NCBI RefSeq assembly: GCF_006345805.1
Contig: NC_043006.1
Location: forward strand, 29,946,001 to 30,010,000
Reading direction: 5' to 3'
DNA from: Octopus sinensis
Taxonomy: Eukaryota
Length of the DNA stretch: 64,000 nucleotides
Shown: in pieces, positions 13,528 through 25,100 of the stretch
Layout of the letters: each line of letters starts with the position of its first letter
Numbering within the stretch: position 1 is the first letter of the stretch
Program-made: the position numbers and the translations under genes
The notes under the pieces: generated by a model
Seen by the model: the letters and a program-made list of their open reading frames with translations, nothing else
Told to the model about the DNA's origin: nothing
Databases searched by the model: none

Positions 13528-15930
13528 TAGGGTTGGCAAGAAAGTAATTTCGGTTTTTTAGTGTGAAATAACTCATCTTTTTTCTTTTCATGCAAAGAAT
13601 GAACTTTAATCAGTTCTATATTTTCCATTTTGTTCGATGACCTTTTGCCATCTTTCTGGCAACTGCATTATTCCATACTCATAGAACTTCTGGTCCTTAT
13701 CAGCCAAAAACTGAAGCAAGTGTGATTTCAAGTCATTATCATTATTGAAAGTTTTACCAATCAAAGAATTTTGCAAACTTCGAAATAAATGGTGAGCTGA
13801 TGGTGCAAGGTCAGGACTACATGGTGGATATGACATCACTTCCCAACCAAGCTCTAATAATTTTTCACAAGTTAGCAAAGATTTATGTTGTCTAGCATTG
13901 TCATTGTGGAACACAATTCCTTTACGATTTGCCAATTCTGGCCATTTTTCTTTGATTGCTTCCTCCAGTTTCATTAGTTGTTCAAAGTAAAGATCTGAAT
14001 TGATTGTTTGGTTCCTTGGAAGCAGCTCAATATGCATAACACCTTTGTAATCCTACCAAATTGGCAGCATGACCTTTTTTTTTTTATGCAATTCAGCTTT
14101 CAATGTGGTTTATACGGGTTCATTACACTTGGATCATGATCATTTTTGATTGATGTTATTGCAGACAATCATTTTTCATCACCAGTGCTGATTTGTTTCA
14201 AAAAAAGATTGATTTGATTGTGTTTGAGATGCATATCGCAAATACTGATTCGTTGTTAAGTGAATCTCTTTCAATTTATGTGGAACCCAAATATCAAGCT
14301 TCTTAACGAGTCTAAGATATTTTAAGAGATTTTCAGTTGTTGTGTGTGATACATTTAACCTCTCTGCAAACTCTCGCACAATTATATGACAATCAGATTC
14401 AATTATGGCTTTGATTTGGTCATCATCAACTTCAGTAGGTGGACCAGAACATTGGTCATCTTTGAGTGAAAAACCTCCAGAATGGAATTTTTTAAACTAT
14501 TTCTGACATGTGCATTCTGTTAAGCTATCAACACCATAAACTTCGCATATCTCTTTGTGAGCCTCAGCAGCTTTCTTGCCTTTATCATCATCATCATCAT
14601 CATCATTTAGCGTCCGGTTTCCATGCCAGCATGGGTTGGACGGTTCAACTGGGGTCTGGGGAGCCCGAAGGCTGCACCAGGCCAGTCAGATCTGGCAGTG
14701 TTTCTACAGCTGGATGCCCTTCCTAACGCCAACCACTCCGAGAGTGTAGTGGGTGATTTTATGTGCCACCGACACAGGTGCCAGACGAGGCTGGCGAACG
14801 GCCACGCTCGGATGGGTGTTTTATGTGCCACCGACACAGGTGCCAGACGAGGCTGGCAGACGGCCACGCTCAGATGGTGTTTTTATGTGCCACCGACACA
14901 GGTGCCAGATGAGGCCGGCGGACGGCCACGATCGGATGGTGTTTGTTACGTCCCCAAAGCACGGAGGCCAGTCTATGCGGTACTGGCTACGGCCACGTTC
15001 GGATGATTTTCTTGTGTGCCACCGGCACTGGTACCACAAAGATACAAATTCCATTGATGTTCATCTATTTTGATTTGTTTTGATTTGATTTGATTTTCAC
15101 TTGCCTCAACAGGTCTTCACAAGTGTCACAAGAAGGAAGGTATGCAAAGGTGGACTGACTAGTCCCAGGTGGCCACATGGCCTGACTAGTCTTGCCGGGT
15201 CTTCGGATGGTGTTTTTATGTGCCACCGACACAGGTGCCAGATGAGGCTGGCGAACGGCCACGATCGGATGGTGTTTGTTGCGTGCCCACAGCACGGAGG
15301 CCAGTCGATGCGGTACTGGCTACGGCCACGTTCGGATGGTTTTCTTGTGTGCCACCGGCACTGGTACCACAAAGATACAAATTCCATTGATGTTCATCTA
15401 TTTTGATTTGATTTGATTTGATTTTCACTTGCCTCAACAGGTCTTCACAGGTCTTCACAAGTGTCACAAGAAGGAAGGAAGGTATGCACAGGTGGACTGA
15501 CTACGTCCCAAGTAAGGGCCACGGGTTATGGCCTGACTAGTCTTGCCGGGTCTTCGGTTGGTGTTTTTATGTGCCACCGACACAGGTGCCAGATGAGGCT
15601 GGCGGACAGCCACGATCGGATGGTGTTTGTTATGTGCCCACATCACAGAGGCCAGTCGATGCGGTACTGGCTACGGCCACGTTCGGATGGTTTTCTTGTG
15701 TGCCACCGGTACTGGTACCACAGCAAAATACGGGGAAAATGTTTGTTTTTTGCACTCCATGTTAAAATTGACACTGAACAGCTGTAGACAAAATTACGTG
15801 CAATTTGCTTCTAAAGTAAGCTAAAGGTAATGGTTATCAAATGTCAAAAGGAAAAAAATCATAACGTTGACAAAAGTCATTAAAAAAGATCCTAACTATT
15901 GTGAACAAAATTACTTTCTTGCCAATCCAA
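13528..15930 (-). mobile_element. Full-length mariner (mellifera-subfamily-like), inactivated, interrupted by a 1.14-kb retroelement insert
   Basis: 24-bp TIRs (21/24 identical; tagggttggcaagaaagtaatttc and ttggattggcaagaaagtaatttt), each flanked by TA. The transposase starts at ATG 15760 and shows WVPHKL, FHNDNAR and CSPDLAPS. Length without the insert is about 1.27 kb. Confidence 0.93.
14584..15720 (-). mobile_element. RTE 3'-UTR-derived insert with nested 62-bp and 333/351-bp tandem duplications
   Basis: (ATG)n tail and the ccatgc.agcatgg tail motif shared with the RTE at 33260-33424; repeat units at 14761/14823/14885 and 14885/15218/15569. Confidence 0.88.
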
Positions 15931-16229
15931 TATATATACACACACACACACACATTTTTTTACCTCCCTTCCTGCATACATCACATTTCCCCATCTCAAT
16001 CACTGACATCCATTGTGCAAGCTGATAATTTTGATATCATTTCCAGTTTATACAATTTACTTTACAAGCAAACAGATTCAACTGAAGAAAAATTCAGCAG
16101 CAATTGCTTGAAAAGTGTTAGACATTCAACAAGTAGCAGTAATAGTTTGAAAAGAGGAAACTAACACTGACAAAAGAGAAATAACAACACAGTATAGGAG
16201 AGACATGCTCAAGAGGAAGGCCATGGATT

Positions 16230-16235
16230 TTTATT
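16230..16235 (-). terminator. Candidate distal polyadenylation signal of SUMO (AATAAA)
   Basis: AATAAA on the gene strand with a GU/U-rich downstream element at about 16195-16160. Further AATAAA hexamers lie at 16862-16857 and 17702-17697. Confidence 0.4.
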
Positions 16236-16333
16236 GTAGTTTTGTAAAAAGGTAAATTCACCAGATACGCCACTTATGAAATAATTCTTTCAAATTTTTA
16301 TAATGGATACTGGTGTGTAAAGGTATGTTGTAA

Positions 16334-16376
<43 letters not shown>

Positions 16377-19054
16377 GTATAATAAATATATATATATATA
16401 TAAATATATATATATACATATATTATATAGACAAGTGTGAAGGTTTTCTTTTTCTAGAGATACGAAATAAAAATAGACTGTAAAACACCAGTTACTTTCA
16501 AAACATACATATTAAAAAAAAAATAGAAATAGAAAATATTTTCAAATCAGATGAAAAAAAAATCTAATTACAAATTTTTTTTTTTTAATAATTTTTCTTT
16601 AAAAGTTCCAATTTCGGCTAGTAAAAATTCAGATAGTTGTTACTTTTACTCGAATAGGATTAGAAACAGAGGATAGTAGAATTACAGAAGAGAGCTAGAG
16701 CAAAGAAATAAGCTTAGTTCTTTGAAAGCCATTTTAAAGACAAAAGCTGTGGGAACAAACAAGTCAATTGGTGAGAACCAAAAATAAACAGTGAAGACAA
16801 ATATAAAAGAAAATGTTTTATGATTATCATCAAAAGGAATTACATTAAAATACTTCTTTATTAAATAGTTGCCACTTTTTATATTAATACATTCTAGTAT
16901 AATTATAAAACTATATTAGCAACAATGAAACTAGAGGAGATGGTATCTTGGTCACAAAATCCATGAGGAAATAAAGGGAGTTGCCAATTATCAAACTACA
17001 TTCAGTAGACATAAGTAGAAAGCAATGTTTAAATAGAAAAAAAAAAGCAGCAGGTTAATTATATCAGATTGATCCCTACAACTAATGACAATATATTCAT
17101 TAAAAAATTACCTGAGCACCAGCTCATCTCCAGATAGGAGTGAGACCAGTCTAAAAAAAAACCAAAAAAAAAAAAACCAGAAAACTTCCAGCTGCATTTC
17201 CTCAAAGGACAGCAGGTTACTAGAAAAAAGGAATGCTTTCAGTTGAGCTCACTTGATCTTGTGTACCAAATAACATTTAAGGTCGTGGCTTGAAGGTTGC
17301 ACTGACGATTTTATGTTATGGCACCTAAATCAAAGAGACAAACCCTTCCATAAGCTAATGTTATAGCAATTAAGTAATTTTGTGTAAGGCATCTAATGAG
17401 AATGGTGAACAATACAACTTCAACTGATCAGTTGAGATGGATTGTGTGGATTTTGTAAACGAGAGAAATGAAGGTTTGTTTACTCTATTGTCAGTAGAGA
17501 GAAGTCAGCATGGAACTTGAAAAGAAACTAGAGATAAGTTTACAGTGCAAATAAAAAGATTAGAGAAAAACTTATTACATTGATGTTCTAGATCTGCTGC
17601 TATGGCACTGACCAGCATAACTTTAAACCTTGTTTAAAACTAAATATAAGGGACATAGCCTAAAAAGCCATTCATAGGCATTTCAATGGAATTGGTTTTA
17701 TTTGATGTAAATCCAAGATGAGGAGTCTAATAGTGGGTATTTTTACTAAGTACAAGGTCATATTCTTTTGTAGGGTAACGATATAGTCAGTGGAATGACC
17801 CCCCCCCCCCGCGGATATTATTGGTACTTATTTTATCAAATAGAGGGATGAAAGGTAAAGTTGATCTGAGAGGAAGGAAAGTAAATGGTAAACATTTTAT
17901 ATAGCATTCTTTAGTGTTAGCATCACTTCTACCACTCCTGATAATCCAATTATGTTCTTTCATCACAGCTTTACCAATTTTGATAATCCTGATATTCAAA
18001 ACATAAGTAATAAATGGGGATTAAAATGACAGTTAAACATCACAAACTGAAATTTATCAGTCATCATGGCAATAAATAATAGATGTAGCAAAATACCTAA
18101 ATATTCATAATCATTAACATTATCATTAAGGGTGAAAGAAAATGATGCCAAAGTACAAGTTATATATGCTGGAAAGCGCATTAAGCAGCTAAAACATGTA
18201 CAGATAACACTGAAATCTGGAGAAGACCTGGAGTATTTCTGAACAACTTAGTAAACTGACAAACTGGTGTGTATGCATTATATATATATATATATATATA
18301 TATAAATACATATATATATATATGCCAGTCACTTGCCTGAAGGCTCCTCTCACAACTTTTGAAGATTTGCAGGGTTCTCTTTCTCAATTGTTGTTGGTGT
18401 TGTAATTTATCTTGATAAACTTCTCAATTGGAACATTCTGGAAGGGGAAGAGAGTCTGAAGGGCACACATTCACATCCATTTTAACCAGTGAAACTTTTA
18501 GTCTTAATAGAGAGGGGAGCTGTTTGTGTGCATGTGTGTGTGTGCACGTGTGTGTGTGTGTGTGCATATATGCGTGTGTGTGTGTGTGTGTGTGTGTATC
18601 AATTTATATATTTAATGATAATGAGAGATGGTGTGAAGTTGATAGTCTGTTGCTGCAGTTGTTTTGATGTTGCAATCCCAGAAGGGAACAAGCCACAAGT
18701 AAATATATTACAGACCAGCAGTGGTGGGCAGAGAGGTTCTTTTTTTTCTTCTTCTTCTTTTTAGGGAAAAGGGGGAAGGATATTAAAAAGAAAAAAAATA
18801 ATATACAAAAAAAAAGAGAAAGAAATGAGAAAGAGGAAGGTGAGGAGAAAAAGGTGAGAAAGAAGTTGGGAAAGGTAAAGGGAGTAAAAAAAGAAATTAA
18901 AATGTTAAATGGAGAGAAATAAGTATATCCGTCCACACTCGACAGCCCACTCCATTCTAGTACCACCACTACTAGTTTCTCAAATATTAAACATACAGTG
19001 GATGGGGACCAGTTCAACACAAGGCAGCGTGATGATCCCTCATCTCAAGTTAAT

Positions 19055-19114
19055 CTACCAACCACCAGTTTGTTCCTGGTACACTTCTATCACATCATCA
19101 TCTTCCATTTCAAG
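19055..19114 (-). CDS. SUMO1: SUMO1-like exon 5 coding part ([19 protein letters not shown])
   Basis: Acceptor ttatttttcag; di-glycine GGT GGT, then TGG and the TAG stop at 19057-19055. Confidence 0.96.
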   Translation of the reverse strand, partial: LEMEDDDVIEVYQEQTGGW

Positions 19115-22100
19115 CTGAAAAATAAATTAAAAATAGATTTTAAGAAACTCAAAAAAAAACAAAAAAATATCTTCAATATTATAGAAATGGAAATTTTACA
19201 GAAAAACATCTAAGCCAGAATCCCCAAAAAAGAGTTAAGCTTCCTATATTTTTACAAGATTGCTTCATCAGATCCACACAAACCCTGTAAATAAGCCAGT
19301 GAATAAGGCAACAAACACAGTCTGACATGAGCATCCTACTTTACAGTAATTAACTTATCCATTATTAAAACAACTCAATACTGGAGAGACAATAACTGTC
19401 TTAACTGCCATATCCACTTTCTTTGAAAATAACTAGAGATTCACCTGTTAATTCTAATAATACTAAAATAGCAACAATTCGACATTTCTGGTCTGCTCAG
19501 ACAAGAATTACACTTTGACACTTGATGATCTCAAATTAATTTAGAAGAACCATCAGAGACGATGGTTGCCTAAAATTAATATATGGACTTAATCTGTTGC
19601 CCAGTTTAACAGTGCACTTTGGTGTAGGCATGGTTGTGGTTATGAAGCTTGCTCAAAGTGCCATGCAATGGGACTGAACCTGAGACCACATGGTTAGGAA
19701 GCAAGCTTCATAATCACAACCATGCCTACACCAAAGTGCACAGTTAAACTGGGCAACAGATTAAGTCCTGGCACTTTGGGTGCCTTGAGAAAGCATTTCA
19801 GAGTAAGTCACTGGTTTGAGAAGGACATCCTCTCTCTCTCTCTCTCCCCACCATCAGTGTCAGGGGTCCCAAAAACAGTCATGTCTTCCATCTTCACTAA
19901 AAAGATTTTTTAAACATTCGTGTCTGATATGGCTGAACATTTAAGGTTAAGTAACTGCATTGCTGTAGGGGACATCATTAAAATAACAAAAGACACTGTA
20001 AAATTTGTAGAGAATAATTTTTTTTTTTATGAAGAACGAAGTAGTCAACAATTAAGACGTGTAAGTTATTTCTTTTTCAACCCAGGTAGAAAAAAAGGTT
20101 ACCTGCTTTGGTGTTTCATCGTCATTAATTCTTCGACCATCAAATAAGAATCTCAAAGAAGTCACTGGAACACCCTTCAATAGAATTGAAAAGAAGAAGT
20201 GAAATATGAGTAAAAGACCGAGTTTTAAGATAACACACACTAGGTTTCTTTCAGTTTTCATTTGTTACATCAATTGACAAGGCTTTGATCAGCTTTTATG
20301 TTTCCAAATTATTTTAGCAGTTTCATAAACAGTAATTAAAATAAAGCTGTACTTCCAAATACATTGCTGAGTCAACAACAAAGGCTAGATTTGCAACAAG
20401 AAATCAAAAAAGCTCCATCAAATATCCATCAAGAATTGAACCTCTGTCACAGCTCACAACAATAGGAGAGGAAGTGAAATTGTGTGTAAATGATAATATA
20501 CATATAGTACACACAGGCCGTGACTGTGCGATAAGTTTGCTTCTAAACCACATGTTAGTGCCTTCTATAACCTCAAGCTGATCAAAGCCTTGTCAAATGA
20601 TATAAAAAATGGAAACAAGTGAAAGAGACCCACTTTGTGTATGTGTGTGTGCACGCGTGTGTCACTGTCTCCTTGCCTTGGCATTGTGTAATAGTTGTGT
20701 CACCATCATGCAAGCAGTGTTCTTTGTTTCCAATCTTCCCAGACGTGTCTTCCAGTTGGAGATTTTATTTCAATATCAGAGAACGCATTTACTCTTCTAT
20801 GAAGATATAGGCGCAGGAGTGGCTGTGTGGTAAGTAGTTTGCTTACCAACCACATGGTTCCGGGTTCATTCCCACTGCGTGGCACTTTGGGCAAGTGTCT
20901 TCTACTATAGCCTCGGGCCAACCAAAGCCTTGTGACTGAATTTGGTAGACAGAAACTAAAAGAAGCCCGTCGTATATATGTGTATATATATATATATATG
21001 TGTGTGTGTATATGTTTGTGTGTCTGTGTTTGTCTCGCCGACATCGCTTGACAACCAATGGTGGTGTGTTTATGTCTCCGTAACTTAGCAGAGACCGATA
21101 GAATAAGTACTAGACTTCTAATGAATAAGTCCTGGGGTTGATTTGCTCGACTAAAGGTGGTGCTCCTGCATGGCCACCGTCAAATGACTGAAACAAGTAA
21201 AAGAGTAAAGATTGAGAAAGTGGCTGACATTTCTTGACAATATCTCTAACGTTCCCCTAGAACGCCAAGTTGAGACTGTGTAGATGATTCATTATGTCTC
21301 TTCTGGTTGAGAAGAGGATAATTTGCTTGCAAAGAAGCATAAGGCTCCATCTGACCAACAAATCTACAAGACATTACTGGTTGGCAATCACCCCTGACAT
21401 CGCTGTAGAAACAGATATTACTCAGTCTATTATTTTCGTGTGCCAGTTCTTCAATAACACTTCTGAAATATCAGTGAATCTTTCCAGCTGAGAGTATGAA
21501 ATTAATCGAATACAGATTTCAAGACATCTTCATACTTATATGGTTGCCAGTACTTCATGGCAACTGATACAATGAACAGAGAGAAACTGCAGAAAGGTGA
21601 GTTCAATTTTCATAAGAGTGCAATTAATCCTGCATTTTCCCCAACACTGCGTTTAGCGTTAGGAAGGGCATCCAGCTGTAGAAACTCTGCCAGATCAAGA
21701 TTGGAGCCTGGTGCAGCCATCTGGCTCGCTAGCCCTCAGTCAAAATCGTCCAACCCATGCTAGCATGGAAAGCGGACGTTAAACGATGATGATGATGATG
21801 ATGATGACTGCAAGTATTCATCTATGTTGCAACACTGATGAGCTTATTCAAAGTTTAATCAAGCACCATTTTTTTAAAAGTGAATGCCATGAGCTGTTCC
21901 ATTTATTACCACAAGGTTCAAATTACATCAGTGGAAGCATAATAAAACGAATACTGTCAGAAGTTGGGTATTTTCTATATCAATGGATTTGTCAAGAGCT
22001 GAGCTGAATGCAGAGGAGTTCTTTAAATAATTTTTTTGGCTGCAATATCAGCACCGATTTGGAAAATAGCCTCTCCAAAGTGTAACATAGAACTGGTGTC

Positions 22101-25100
22101 TCCATTCCCCACCTCCTCCTCCTGTGTGTGTGTGTGTGCATGTGTTATTTTCCGAATGAGAAATGGGGATTTAATGTAAGAAACAATTCATTTATGAAAA
22201 TAGTACAAAAGCTCAAGCTGGGTAACAAGTAATATGGTTGTAGAATAATTTAGTAGATAAAATAAACCTTACACAGGATAAACAACCTTGGAAGGAGTAA
22301 GAAAAAAGAAAGAGTTAAGCTAATTATCAAATAAATATAGCTTCTCTGGCACAAGTAGAACTGTGAAGATGAGAAAACATGAAACAATGAAGAAAAATCA
22401 AAAGTTTGGAAATGATATAAGTACACAAACCCTCAGCAATAGTGAAAAGGGTCATGAATGTATTGTTATGAGCAATTGTAAAATAAAAATATATCAGGTG
22501 ATGTATCAATCGTTAGTGTTGGACAAAATGTCTTAAAGTATTCGATTCCAATCCTTTATGTTCTGAGTTCAAATTCCACTGAGATTATCTTTACCTCTCA
22601 CCCCTCCAAGACTAATAAAATAAAACGTCAAGAAGTGTGATTGGTTTAATTTCTCCAAACTAATGTTTCTCAGACTTCTTCAGGCAAGCAACAACAGCCA
22701 AAAGTCCTGAATCAATCATCTTATTGCTTGTTGCACTGTCAAGTAGATGTGTGTGAATCTTCAACAGCTAAAATATTCTTATGGGGAAACCTCAGGTATT
22801 ATTAGCTTTGAAAGACAATGATAGAACATCATCCTTTAATGTTCACTTTTCCATCCTTGTATGGATCAGATGGAAGTTTTTGAGGCATTTTAGCCAGATG
22901 CCATTCCTGTTGCAACCCTCATAACTGTTTCTAAGCAACATATTTCTCCATGGACAAACAGGTTCCTCCTGAAAGACTGGAAACAAACACCACTTGAATG
23001 ATGGGGATGCTTGTTTATAACCCTCTAGTCAAGACAACGATGCCACACCAATCCTATAATGAACAGGACATGTAACGTGCATCTTATGCCCAATATGTGC
23101 CAATAGACAAAAATAATAGATGTGATAGTAAAAGTATACATTCAGCAAAGCAATAGAAGCCACAAAGGTTTAAATACAAAGTAGAAGAAATTAAGAACCA
23201 TAATGACATTAGTAGAAAGTAGAGTTGAATGGGATACAGCTTAGGTATTTATCAAGATGAGGAACCATAACTGCTATAACAAGATGTTCCTAGCTGGGGA
23301 TAAAATTATTTTGATTGTTCAACCAACAGAAAGGACAAATAGTAGACAAAGTATGGATGAATGAGTCATGAAACTGTGAGTTTTGTAGAAAATTAAAATT
23401 CGGAAATCAATGAAGAAATCAATAAAGAATCTACTATCACAGGTAGAAATCTATTACAGCTTTATAACTGAGATTGATTTCATCATCAGCCTTCTTTACT
23501 TTCTCTGACACCTTAAAGTAATCACCAAGGAGTGTGAAGCTAAATGCAGAGAGGGAGAGAGAGACTACAGTATATCATGGACAGAGTTTATTGTATACTA
23601 AAGTCATACAAAAGAATTTCTTGGGAATGCAGATTTCATTTAAAGACCTCAAAGTGAACATGGTTTCAAGGCAAAGTTCACTTTGCAACTGCATATTTTC
23701 AGCTTCAATGCCAATGTGGAACTTTAGACAAGTGTCTTCTACTACAACCTAAGATTAATAACTAGTTGAATGTGGTAGGCAATTGAACTCAACTTGACCA
23801 TAGTACACTGAATCAAAAAAATCACAATGTTGAATTTTTGTTTGTTGCACAAGGTACAAACAAAAGATACACTAAAGATATCAGGAATGCAGAACTTTCC
23901 GTAGTCGCCATGAGAAAATAAAAAAACTAGTAATGGTTAATATAGCTTAATGGAAGTGTCTAGGTTATTCTGTGTGACATAATTAGTGTGTGAGAAATTG
24001 AAGCCGAACTGTATAAAGCTTGGGTTAAGTTTAGAAAACTGGTTTTACTTCAGTACAGAATTTGATTTTCTCAGCAAAAAGTGGATTTTATGGGCCATTA
24101 TACAATGTGATGCTATACAGCAGAGAAATTTAAGCTGTGTACACAGAAAATGTGCTAACTGGAAACTACTACACTGATGTTGCAATGTTAACTTATGATT
24201 AAGTGTCAGGACAACACAATTGTGAAATATTTATGAGAGAATAAAGCTTGTAGGTACTAAACCCTTTAGCATTCAGTTTACTTCTCTGTCAAATGTTCTG
24301 CTTATTTATTCAGTTTTGAATTAGTCATGCAATATCTTGTAGCTTTGAGACTTCAATGATGTGACTGTTAGTTTTTTTAATGACATTGTTGGGTAGGTGT
24401 GAGAGGCTGGATCTGGCCAGTTTCGATATAAAATGGATGGAATATTTTGGCCGGATACAATTGGTTTAAATGCTAAAGGGATAAATCTAAATGGACAGTG
24501 AATGACAAAAAAAATACTTTCAGTTGATAGTGGAAAACAGCTACAAAAGGTTTGAGAAACTGAGGTTAGAGACTATTTTCAATGTAATAGATAAGGGAAC
24601 AAGACCAAAAACAACATCATTTAATCCATATCAACACAGAAAAGCTAAGAAAAAAAATATTTCTGTTAGGAATGAAACAACTACAATCTAATTTCTCCAT
24701 TTACCTTGAAGGTAATAAAAAAAGCTAATCAAACTAGAAGCATTTATTTCATAGAATCATCTCTACCACCACTACCAAGCCCTTCCTCATCACCATTTCA
24801 TGTCCACTTTTCCATGCTAGCATGAGTCGGTGGAATTTATTGAGACAGATTTTTCTGTGGCTGGATGCCCTTCTTGTCACCAACCCTCACCTGTTTCCAA
24901 GCAAGGTAATATTTCCTTATACCTGCAAATGTTTTTCACAGAAGACTAGAAAAAAACAACCTCACTTATATAGCAATGATGCTAAATTTCAACCATCACA
25001 TGAGTTCTGGACATGGGCACACGCGCACACACACACACAGAGAGGCTCGTTTCGGCTTATGAAATCCAATACCCAGGCTTTGGTCAGCTTGGGGCTAGAA

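Noticed and set aside
14752-15720. Regularly spaced repeats resembling a CRISPR array
   Set aside because: Eukaryotic DNA, no unique spacers and no cas genes; the units derive from a LINE 3' UTR.
20810-20885. tRNA-like sequence (also at 53770-53841 and 60470-60550)
   Set aside because: A/B boxes are present, but the sequence continues into a SINE body with no complete cloverleaf; these are SINE heads, not tRNA genes.
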